Of a stretch of DNA of 64,000 nt, positions 25,493 to 33,594 are shown piece by piece. Where the stretch lies: NCBI GenBank assembly GCA_017537515.1, contig JAFYKO010000122.1, forward strand, positions 3,866 to 67,865, written 5' to 3'. The notes under the pieces are model-generated. The model searched no databases and had not been told where the DNA came from. It was given only the letters and a program-made list of their open reading frames with translations. This DNA is from Clostridia bacterium. Its GTDB lineage: Bacteria > Bacillota > Clostridia > Christensenellales > UBA1242. How positions within the stretch are numbered: the first letter of the stretch is position 1; every line of letters starts with the position of its first letter. The translations under genes were made by a program, and so were the position numbers.

Positions 25493-27754
25493 TTAAGCCT
25501 CCTGTGCAAGCGACACAGCCAAAGTCTGCGTTTGGCTGTATGCGGTAATGTAAACGTCCACAAAGCGAGCCACGCCCTTGAAGCGGATTGCATAGTCAAA
25601 GCGAAGCACTTCATCACCGATAACGTTCTTGTCGGCACTGACGATACCTTCTTCAATGTAGTTCTTGTCAATGAAGTTTTGGTTCAACTGATTAAGAACT
25701 GCAAGACCACGGTTGACAGTGGATTGGTCGTTGTATTCAGCCACGAATGCCTTCATAGCGTCATAGATAGCGAACTTCATCCATAAGAACGAAATAATGC
25801 AGTGAATGTCGGAAAGCGACGTGTCGGTAAGTTGCGACGTGCGTTCTTCCCAAATGAAGTAGCCACCGTCTTCAATGACAGGGTTAATCTTCAACTGACG
25901 GGCGAGCATATTGCGTTCGGGTCCGCTGAACTGCTGCGACAGGGACAGACAAGCAATCTGTCCGTAATTGTAGCCGAACGGGGGACGTGCTTCAATGCCG
26001 TCGTTGTAGTGGCTGTTGAGCAAGTCAGCGACCAAGCAAGCCATAGTCACAGCCGTTCTCTTGCCTGCCAGGGTGCGGTAAGCATACTGACAGTAGTCGG
26101 CAATAAAGCGGTTGCCGTGACGACCCGTAAGGTTGCCGAACACGTCGGTAGAAGCAGCACGACCAATGTTAGACAGACCCAAGGTCGCTTCATTGGAAGC
26201 CGTGATTGCGGAAATGTAATCCGCAGGGTTCATAATGTCGCCAAGGTTCGGGGTAGCAAGACAACGCCAACGGGTAAGGTTGTCCCCAAGCAACACTTGG
26301 AGTGCCTGCGAGTAGGCGTAGGACTTGTTCTGCCCAAGAATCTTGTTTTCCTTAATCATACCCTCAAAGTAATGGAGTTCATTAGTAATCGGGTCGTTTT
26401 CGTAATCAATGGTGTAGTCGCCAAAGATTTCGCTAGACTTCGGAACAAGATACTTGGAACCACCCATAACAGCGTCCATCTGCATAGAAATGTAGTTGGA
26501 ATCAAAGTCGTCGTAAGACATAGACACCACGAAATCATTCTTGCAGTAGGTCTTGTAGTAGGAAGCCCAATACTCATTCTGCTCACCCATATACATATAG
26601 GTGTTGCGGTTTTTAAGATAGAGTTGGGTGCTAATGTTGAACTTCGCAACATAGCCGTCGCCCTTCTTTGCAACCGTCACATTACCGCACGGGAAGCCGT
26701 AGAAGCCAGGTGCGAGTTTACGGGTAGAAGTCGGGTCTTCGGCAATCGGGAGTTCCACGGTAGCCGTGAGCGAAATAGACAGACCGAAGCAGTTGAGTTG
26801 CTGCGGACCGCCATCCTTACCCGAATACAGGTAATAGACACCATACTTTTCGTTTTCGTCGGAACCCGAACCTTCCACACCCACACCAGGGGTATAGACA
26901 AGCGGGGTGTCCCAATCTTCTTCAATGACGTGCTTGCCGTCTGCGTAAGTGGCACCCTTGACCGCTTCTGCAAACTTGTCAAACATACCCCAATCGGAGC
27001 CGTCAAACAAAGCGGAGTAGTCAAATTCAGCCATACGGTTCACACGACCATTCACGAAAGCGGTAATCTTGACAGGGTGTTCGCCCTCGTCACCGCTACC
27101 GCTACCGCCCGCTGCTGCACCGACCAGGAAGCCGTCCAACTTGAAATCGCCCGAAGCGGAAATAAGGTTGGCAACGTCGGGATTGAATGCGAGTTCTGCG
27201 GGAACGTCTTCGTCAATGTGGTTTGCACCGTCAAAGTCAAACAACTGCACACGGACGGAACGACCTTCCTTTGCGTAAGCAGACTGCGTAATCGGCTGAC
27301 TTAAACGCACGACGACGTTCTTCTTGTCCTTGGAGCAGTAATCGCCTTCGCCCTTGAAGTAAAGGTAGGATTCGCTGTCTTCAACAGGGGCAGCGATAGC
27401 CGAAGCGGGAAGCATAGTGTTCACGACCAACTTGCCGTCTTCCACCGTAAACTTCATAGCACCGAACGGAGTGTCCGACGGGAGCATTTCGGGGTCCTTT
27501 GCACGGCAAAGAACCTGCGGGACCTTACGCTGTGCGAGCAAGTAGGCTTCCATAGCAGCAAGCCCGTGACGCTCCATATTCGGAGTGCCGAACGTCTTCA
27601 CGTAATCGTCTTCGCTAGAAATCAAGGTTGGTGTATTACAAAGTCCCCTGTCTGCTTCAATGGCACCCGCAGAACGGAAACCGATTGCAACAGAAGAACG
27701 CTGCGATTTATCAATGAGGTAAACACCTACGCCTGCGGAATCATTAACGGGCAT
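25493..27754 (-). CDS. contractile tail sheath protein (753 aa)
   Basis: Sheath-tube-chaperone-TMP synteny. N-terminal GVGVYLIDKS...FGTP pattern resembles the PGVY.E start of sheath proteins. Size is typical. Confidence 0.75.
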   Translation of the reverse strand: MPVNDSAGVGVYLIDKSQRSSVAIGFRSAGAIEADRGLCNTPTLISSEDDYVKTFGTPNMERHGLAAMEAYLLAQRKVPQVLCRAKDPEMLPSDTPFGAMKFTVEDGKLVVNTMLPASAIAAPVEDSESYLYFKGEGDYCSKDKKNVVVRLSQPITQSAYAKEGRSVRVQLFDFDGANHIDEDVPAELAFNPDVANLISASGDFKLDGFLVGAAAGGSGSGDEGEHPVKITAFVNGRVNRMAEFDYSALFDGSDWGMFDKFAEAVKGATYADGKHVIEEDWDTPLVYTPGVGVEGSGSDENEKYGVYYLYSGKDGGPQQLNCFGLSISLTATVELPIAEDPTSTRKLAPGFYGFPCGNVTVAKKGDGYVAKFNISTQLYLKNRNTYMYMGEQNEYWASYYKTYCKNDFVVSMSYDDFDSNYISMQMDAVMGGSKYLVPKSSEIFGDYTIDYENDPITNELHYFEGMIKENKILGQNKSYAYSQALQVLLGDNLTRWRCLATPNLGDIMNPADYISAITASNEATLGLSNIGRAASTDVFGNLTGRHGNRFIADYCQYAYRTLAGKRTAVTMACLVADLLNSHYNDGIEARPPFGYNYGQIACLSLSQQFSGPERNMLARQLKINPVIEDGGYFIWEERTSQLTDTSLSDIHCIISFLWMKFAIYDAMKAFVAEYNDQSTVNRGLAVLNQLNQNFIDKNYIEEGIVSADKNVIGDEVLRFDYAIRFKGVARFVDVYITAYSQTQTLAVSLAQEA

Positions 27755-27755
27755 A

Positions 27756-28919
27756 TTACTTCTCCTGTGTTAAATTTTTGGCGACGAGGGAATCCATTTC
27801 AACCACCTTTTCGGGGGCACGGCTGCAAGCGGATTCGTGCATTCTATCAAGCAACGCCATTTCGTCGGTAATCACGGCTTGATGCTTTTCTTCCACGTGT
27901 TCGGGGGCATACTTGCGGGCGAAGCCTTCTGCCATTTCAGCACCCATAAACTTCGTGGCAACTTTCTTCGCTTCGTCAATGTGGTTTTCCTGCAAGAGCG
28001 ACTTCACCAGGGTAGCGATTTTAGTCTTGTCATTACCGACAAACGCTTCCCCAAGGTAGCCATACTTGTGAACGAAACTTTCGCACGGTTCGGCAGAAGC
28101 CATAGCGTCACACCATTCGTCGTCGGAACAGGTGTTGGACTTGCAAAGGGCGTTGTCCATAATGCAGTTCACGGCAGAAATAAGGAACGAACGGAGTTGT
28201 TCAATTTCGTAGTCAGTCGGGTATTCGGGAATGGTAAGAGCCAGGTCGCCCGTTTCGTCATTGTAACCGCCATCAATGGTGTCCGCTCCGTAATACGGGT
28301 CGGGGACAAATTCCTGGGTTGGCTTCACAAGTTCCGAAGCACCACGGACAATCAACTTGCCGTTTTCGTTGGCGATAGTTACGCCCGTGCCTTCCAAAGC
28401 GTCGTTAGCAAGAGCGATAACGGAATCAAGTTCAATCGGGAAGCCGTCCATATCCACCTGGTCAACGTCTTCGGACTTCTTCTTATAACTAGAACCCGTG
28501 GTCTTGTTTACATTGTCCATAAACTTGTCGGGGTCTTCAACTTCAAGGGCATTACCATCCTTGTCAACGACGTAGGTCTTGCCATTCTTCGTGATAGTCT
28601 TCACGTTGTCCTTGCCGTCGCTGTAAACGGATTCTGCCTTTACAGGATTGAACTCAACGGAAACGTTGTATGCAGCGTTGTAGCCGTTGGAAATCGGTGT
28701 CATACGAACCGACTCAATGGCAGGCGAAGAAGCCTTTAACGAATCCATAAGACGTGTGACAGCACCAGGACCGCCCGTCACGGATTCAGTAAACGAGAAA
28801 CGACCACTTTTGTATTGGTCAATGTGGAACGCTTCACCGAGGGAATGTCCGAAAGTGGACTTGACACCTGCGTTAAGGTCAGCCCAAAATTTAGTCTTTG
28901 CGTTTTCAGTGAAATTCAT
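27756..28919 (-). CDS. hypothetical structural protein upstream of the sheath (387 aa)
   Basis: ORF track. AGGAG SD. Stop abuts the sheath start. Confidence 0.6.
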   Translation of the reverse strand: MNFTENAKTKFWADLNAGVKSTFGHSLGEAFHIDQYKSGRFSFTESVTGGPGAVTRLMDSLKASSPAIESVRMTPISNGYNAAYNVSVEFNPVKAESVYSDGKDNVKTITKNGKTYVVDKDGNALEVEDPDKFMDNVNKTTGSSYKKKSEDVDQVDMDGFPIELDSVIALANDALEGTGVTIANENGKLIVRGASELVKPTQEFVPDPYYGADTIDGGYNDETGDLALTIPEYPTDYEIEQLRSFLISAVNCIMDNALCKSNTCSDDEWCDAMASAEPCESFVHKYGYLGEAFVGNDKTKIATLVKSLLQENHIDEAKKVATKFMGAEMAEGFARKYAPEHVEEKHQAVITDEMALLDRMHESACSRAPEKVVEMDSLVAKNLTQEK

Positions 28920-29029
28920 TTGAGGAATACTCCTAATTTTCAGTATATACTAGACAAAATATAAATAAAATTTTTAGCACGTTCGCAACCATTATAGGCT
29001 TCAAACATATTTTATTAAAAGTGCCTGCC

Positions 29030-29058
29030 TTGACAAATGTTGCTCAACAAATTATATT
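29030..29058 (+). promoter_or_regulatory. plus-strand sigma70-type promoter ending 7 nt before the ATG (leaderless transcript predicted)
   Basis: TTGACA 29030..29035, 17-nt spacer, TATATT 29053..29058, then taagcgt and ATG at 29066. Confidence 0.6.
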
Positions 29059-29065
29059 TAAGCGT

Positions 29066-30394
29066 ATGAAGACCGTAAAAGTGCCAATACTCAAACCACC
29101 CTGCTTGAATACAGACATTCAACAGTATAGCAGTATGGTCCGTATGGCATTTAAGCGGTATCAAGAAGGACTATCTAATAAAGAAATTAGGTCATACTTA
29201 AAAGAGCGTTACACAATAAATAGTTGGCTTATAGAGTCCGCAAGAGCAGACGCACAGAACTTATATAACACCCTAAAGACAAAACACGTCATTTGGGGCG
29301 GGTTAGATAATCTAAAAAAATACCTAAACGGGTCTATATCAAAAGAGCAGTATAAATGCCGTAGAAACTTTCCTGTCTGCTCGGTAGGGGAATCCCCTAA
29401 CAAGGGCAACAGGCTGTTTGAATTAACTCTAAAAAACAATCAAGTTACTTACAAACCCTCTCGCAGAATCCACACAGAAATACGGTTCTGCCCTGTAAAG
29501 AAGAAACTAGCACAGGAATTAGCAAAAGTTCAAGAACTTGCGGAACAAGGAAAAATGCCCGTAACTGTAAAGTTCACTAGCACCCACCTGTTCTTTACTT
29601 ACGACGAATCCTTGATTTACAACGAAGCCTATAAGGGATTGAAGCATAACCGTGTTCTAGGTATTGATATGAACCCCAACTACATAGGGGTATCTGTTAT
29701 TGAATTTACCAAAAAGGCAGGCTTCACCGTCTTGCACAAAGAAGTGTTTGATTTAACAACCCTTACTAAACCTAGCGGGGAATCTTCACAGCATAAGAAA
29801 TCCAAGTATTTTACGAATAAATTGAAACACGAAACTATTGCGATTGCTTACAAGATTAACAAACTTGTAGATTATTGGAAGTGTAACAAGTTGGCTATTG
29901 AAGACCTGTCTATTAAACCTACCAATAAACAGAAGGGTAAGACATTTAATCGGTTGTGCAACAACAAGTGGGAACGCCAACTTTTCGTGGACAAACTTAA
30001 AATGCTCGCAGGAATACACAAATATGAACTTGTAGAGGTTAATCCTGCATATTCTTCAATCGTGGGAAACTTCGCATACGGTGGTCCAAATACACCCGAT
30101 ATGGTTGCTGCAAGCATAGAAATCGCTAGACGAGCATACAAGAAGTTTGAAAAAGGATGGTTCTATCCGAGGTTTAACATTAACCACTTAAATGAGCAAT
30201 GGAAGCAAACATTAAGTGGTGTGAAATCTTGGAAGGACTTATTCTTGAAAGTCAAAGAATCTAAACTGAAATATAGGTTCCTGCTATCCGACTATATCGG
30301 GAATGCAGTCTTTAGAGGAATATATCCTAAACAAAAGTGGGAACGTTACACTTTTACTACAAACGGATGTATTCCACATTTCGCAACAATCTAA
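29066..30394 (+). CDS. TnpB/Cas12-type RuvC protein lacking the zinc-ribbon domain, paralog 1 (442 aa)
   Basis: GIDMNPNYIGVSV (RuvC-I Asp), KLAIEDLS (RuvC-II Glu), VNPAYSSIVGNFAYGGPNTPDMVAASIEIARRAY (RuvC-III Asp). No CxxC pairs. Start set at ATG 29066 (MKTVKV), matching the paralog N-terminus. The track's GTG 29021 lies in the promoter. Confidence 0.75.
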   Translation: MKTVKVPILKPPCLNTDIQQYSSMVRMAFKRYQEGLSNKEIRSYLKERYTINSWLIESARADAQNLYNTLKTKHVIWGGLDNLKKYLNGSISKEQYKCRRNFPVCSVGESPNKGNRLFELTLKNNQVTYKPSRRIHTEIRFCPVKKKLAQELAKVQELAEQGKMPVTVKFTSTHLFFTYDESLIYNEAYKGLKHNRVLGIDMNPNYIGVSVIEFTKKAGFTVLHKEVFDLTTLTKPSGESSQHKKSKYFTNKLKHETIAIAYKINKLVDYWKCNKLAIEDLSIKPTNKQKGKTFNRLCNNKWERQLFVDKLKMLAGIHKYELVEVNPAYSSIVGNFAYGGPNTPDMVAASIEIARRAYKKFEKGWFYPRFNINHLNEQWKQTLSGVKSWKDLFLKVKESKLKYRFLLSDYIGNAVFRGIYPKQKWERYTFTTNGCIPHFATI

Positions 30395-30419
30395 AAATAA
30401 GTCCTATACAAACTCTACA

Positions 30420-30584
30420 CTAGCACTTCAATGCTTCAAGGGACCATTGTTCGTCAAGGTCGGGGTGTTCGCTGCGGAATTTCTTCAACGCCTTGTGAAC
30501 TTCCCACGCAAGGTTCAAATTCTTTTCCTTGCACTCTTGCTTCAACGTGTCATACAGTTCTTTTACTTTTTCTTCTAGCGTCAT
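30420..30584 (-). CDS. hypothetical small helical protein (54 aa)
   Basis: My own translation: MTLEEKVKELYDTLKQECKEKNLNLAWEVHKALKKFRSEHPDLDEQWSLEALKC. AAGGAAAC SD. Convergent with 29066..30394. Confidence 0.5.
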   Translation of the reverse strand: MTLEEKVKELYDTLKQECKEKNLNLAWEVHKALKKFRSEHPDLDEQWSLEALKC

Positions 30585-30618
30585 ACATAGTTTCCTTTTC
30601 TGTATGCCGTGGTTGTCC

Positions 30619-30646
30619 TATATACAATATAGCACCATAGCGTCAA
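30619..30646 (-). promoter_or_regulatory. candidate promoter (TTGACG-N16-TATATA)
   Basis: -10 30619..30624, -35 30641..30646. Confidence 0.4.
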
Positions 30647-30677
30647 AAATGAAAGTTGCCGAGTATTCCTCGGCAAC
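30644..30677 (-). terminator. rho-independent terminator
   Basis: 9-bp stem gttgccgag / ctcggcaac (30655..30677), followed on the minus strand by TTTCATTTTT. Confidence 0.7.
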
Positions 30678-30704
30678 TATCCAATCCATTAGACCAGGCG
30701 GTTA

Positions 30705-32213
30705 TTAGAACGGTTCGGGTTCGCCCATTTCAGCGGGGTTCGGGGCTTCGTTTTCGCCCCCGTTCGCTTCGGGTCCTTCTTCGCCACCCTCGCCACCTGC
30801 GGGGCTGTATTCCTTTTCAACGTCGCTAATCACGTCGTTTTCTTCTTCGTCGGATTCTTCGCCACCCTCGGTAGAACCGCCATTGTCGTCGTTCACAATC
30901 TGTGTGATAGCGTCGGCAAGAATGCCAATGACATTCATATTGTCTTCGTTCTTGTGATACGACAGGGCGTTCTTCAAGGTCTTGCAGGCTTCGCCAAGAG
31001 CCTGGAACGATTCAACAGCGTTCTTGACGGCTTCTTCTGCGTAGATAACTTCGTCGTCAAATTCGCCCGCCAGGGAAGCGTCCTTGACAAGTTTATCGCA
31101 GCAGTGAAGCACGGACTTCGTAAGGACTTCAAACTTCTTACCGAGTGTCGGAGCCTTGCGGACGTAGGATTCAACGACGATACCCACGACAGCGAAGCCT
31201 TCTTCAACTTCGGCAAAGGTTTCAGCGGATTCAAGGGCTTCGTCTTCAAGGTTGAAGAACAGGGAAGTAAAAGAGTTCCACAAGGTAGAAATCTTGTCCT
31301 TGAGCGTAGAAACAAGTTCTTTGAGTTTGTCAATAAGACCTTCGGACACAAACGCTTCGGTCGGGATAGTATCAATATCGCCCTTGGAAAGCGTAGTGAT
31401 TGTGGTCTTGATAGTTGCTTTCGGGGTGGACGCTTCCTTGACAATCTGTTCCACCAGGTCACGGAGTTCCTTGAACTGCTTGGGGTCAATGACCGCTTCT
31501 TCAATCTTCGGAGCAGAATCAAGCAAGGCGTTCATACGTTCAAGAACAGGCGTGAGTTTTTCAACGGTGTCCTTGTTCTTTACCCCGTGAGTAGCAGAAG
31601 TGACAGCCACAAGTTTCACAACGTCTTCTTCGGACATAAGCCCGTCAGCGATGCTGTCCTTGATAGTCTGTGCGTCCACTTCAATAGCACGATTAGCGTT
31701 GTCAACCCAGGCGGTCACAACCTTGTCGCCACGGGTGGCATAACGGCTGTCAATAACTGTCAGCAGTTGGGTCACGTCGGGAATGTTCTCATAATCGGAA
31801 TAAAGGATTTTGAGAGCGTCTTTAAGGTGTTTTTCAACGTCGGCAGCAGCCTTGACTTCGGGGGACTTATTGAACGTGAGTGCGTCCTTGATACCCTTTA
31901 CGGACTGCTGCTTCAAGAACAGGACGTGAGCGGAAAAGTCATTGAGAGCCTTGATAGACGCTTTCAAATCTTCCTTGGATTGAGCCAGGTCCTTCGCCTT
32001 GTTTTCCATAAACTTGCGGTGTTCTTCCAGGACGTTGATGATTTCGCCCAGGTTCCGCATTTTGGAAAAGTCAGTTCGCTTGGACATACCCGCACCGAAA
32101 CTTGTGGCTTCGGATTTCTTGGATTCAGCCCTGCGAGCAATCGGGCTACGCTGTGCAGCGGGAGCCACACGGCTTTCAAACTTATGTGTATTGATTTTCA
32201 ATGCCATATTCAA
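30705..32213 (-). CDS. head-module protein with N-terminal propeptide ending in ESKKSE, coiled-coil body and acidic tail (502 aa)
   Basis: M(NM)ALKINTHKFES...RRAESKKSE/ATSFG. Long helical middle. C-terminus GGEESDEEEND...GEPEPF. Confidence 0.65.
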   Translation of the reverse strand: MNMALKINTHKFESRVAPAAQRSPIARRAESKKSEATSFGAGMSKRTDFSKMRNLGEIINVLEEHRKFMENKAKDLAQSKEDLKASIKALNDFSAHVLFLKQQSVKGIKDALTFNKSPEVKAAADVEKHLKDALKILYSDYENIPDVTQLLTVIDSRYATRGDKVVTAWVDNANRAIEVDAQTIKDSIADGLMSEEDVVKLVAVTSATHGVKNKDTVEKLTPVLERMNALLDSAPKIEEAVIDPKQFKELRDLVEQIVKEASTPKATIKTTITTLSKGDIDTIPTEAFVSEGLIDKLKELVSTLKDKISTLWNSFTSLFFNLEDEALESAETFAEVEEGFAVVGIVVESYVRKAPTLGKKFEVLTKSVLHCCDKLVKDASLAGEFDDEVIYAEEAVKNAVESFQALGEACKTLKNALSYHKNEDNMNVIGILADAITQIVNDDNGGSTEGGEESDEEENDVISDVEKEYSPAGGEGGEEGPEANGGENEAPNPAEMGEPEPF

Positions 32214-32220
32214 TTCTCCC

Positions 32221-32769
32221 TTAATCTACACGATATGCGAGCATACCGTTTTCAAGTCCAACTTCCTTGCTGTCATAGATAGCAAGGTGCCAAGCAGGGT
32301 CAAGGCGGTCAATGTTATATTCAGCAAATCCCCTGTAATTCACACTGAAATTCGGGGCAACCTGTTCTTGGACGAATTTAGCAAATTCTTCTTTGCCCAA
32401 ATCGTCTGCAAGACTTTCAATTTCGTCCCTGTCTTCCCCGTCAGCGTCAACAAAGTCCAGGAACGTATCGTTCCCGAAGTAGTCAATGGCTGCACCCAAA
32501 ATGGTATAGTTGTCACGGAACTGCGATTCAAGGTCGTCAACGGCTGCGTCGTAAGCAGACTGCTCATTGTCATACACACAATACGTGGCGGTTTCCCCGT
32601 CTTTCATTTTCACGTCAAGGACATATTCGGGTTCCAGGTAATCGTAGTCCTTGGAACTTTCCTTTACATTACGAACAGGGACACCTAGTTCCTTTGCAAG
32701 TGCCTTACGTGCGTCGCCCAGGTCTTCGCACTTCTTTGTTTCGTGAACACGGATTGTCATTTTAGACAT
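32221..32769 (-). CDS. head-module protein with N-terminal targeting-type peptide (182 aa)
   Basis: MSKMTIRVHETKKCEDLG shares the M..KI.VHE.KK.E pattern. Confidence 0.6.
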   Translation of the reverse strand: MSKMTIRVHETKKCEDLGDARKALAKELGVPVRNVKESSKDYDYLEPEYVLDVKMKDGETATYCVYDNEQSAYDAAVDDLESQFRDNYTILGAAIDYFGNDTFLDFVDADGEDRDEIESLADDLGKEEFAKFVQEQVAPNFSVNYRGFAEYNIDRLDPAWHLAIYDSKEVGLENGMLAYRVD

Positions 32770-32782
32770 AATCTATTCTCCA

Positions 32783-33502
32783 TTATGTGAGTTCGCCTTT
32801 ATTGGGCTTCACTCCGAAATTTTCTGCATACACGTAGTAGGGCTGCGAAGCACCTGCCATAGTAGCGTCAACGTAAAGATAGGTTTCTTCAAATACAGCG
32901 TCGCCCTCGCCCTTTTCCTTGTCATAGTGACCGTCGTCTGCCATAGCCTGTTCGGTTTCTGCAACGTCTAACAGAACAGACTTGTCAATCTTTTCTGCAA
33001 GAGCCACAGCCACTTCCAGGGCTTCTTCGGGGTTGCGGTCGCCATTGTGGACGTTCACATAGAACACGTGGGTGTCATACCCGCTTCCCGTCCACAAGTG
33101 AACCTGGGCGTTAGCCATTTGCTGCATAGACGGGTAATAGGAAGTTGTGCGATACGAATTGCCGTCCGTAATGTTTACGGAACACGGGTATTCGTCGTCG
33201 GGCATAAAGCCATTTTCGTTTTCAATTTCACGGGTCCCGAACAATTCGTTCTTCACGAACAGGTCAAGCAACTTGCGAGCCTTTTTAATCACGCTGTCGG
33301 AAACGCTGCTGTCTTCAACCAGGATAGCGTCCTTTTCGCTGTCGTAGCCTATGGGGAGTTGTTCCCCGTCCACGACAATAAACGACTGCTCGCCTTCAAG
33401 AACGCCCAGGGCGGTGTCCTGTGCGTCGTCTGCGTCGGGATAGAGTTTAGACAGGTCGTCGTTCTCTATAAAATAAACTTTTTGATTGTCGGGTTCAAGC
33501 AT
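32783..33502 (-). CDS. hypothetical acidic protein (239 aa), possibly leaderless
   Basis: No SD. TATATT (33509..33514) ends 6 nt before the ATG. Confidence 0.55.
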   Translation of the reverse strand: MLEPDNQKVYFIENDDLSKLYPDADDAQDTALGVLEGEQSFIVVDGEQLPIGYDSEKDAILVEDSSVSDSVIKKARKLLDLFVKNELFGTREIENENGFMPDDEYPCSVNITDGNSYRTTSYYPSMQQMANAQVHLWTGSGYDTHVFYVNVHNGDRNPEEALEVAVALAEKIDKSVLLDVAETEQAMADDGHYDKEKGEGDAVFEETYLYVDATMAGASQPYYVYAENFGVKPNKGELT

Positions 33503-33547
33503 AACAGAAATATAAATAAAATTGAACAGACCAAGTAATCGCCTATA

Positions 33548-33574
33548 TGAAAAAGCACCCCTTTTACGGGGTGC
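33548..33574 (-). terminator. rho-independent terminator
   Basis: Stem gcacccc / ggggtgc (33555..33574), loop ttttac, followed on the minus strand by TTTTTCA. Confidence 0.7.
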
Positions 33575-33594
33575 CTCACAAAAGAACTAGGCGA

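Noticed and set aside
28956-28975. T4-type late promoter TATAAATA read on the plus strand (also at 33511..33518)
   Set aside because: The copy at 33.5 kb has no plus-strand gene downstream. Read on the minus strand, both copies give TATATT boxes positioned before real genes. There is no other evidence for a gp55-type late system in the window.
29021-29065. GTG start at 29021 for the plus-strand RuvC gene
   Set aside because: It would place the TTGACA-N17-TATATT promoter inside the ORF. The ATG at 29066 aligns with the N-terminus of the paralog (MKTVKV vs MKTLKL).
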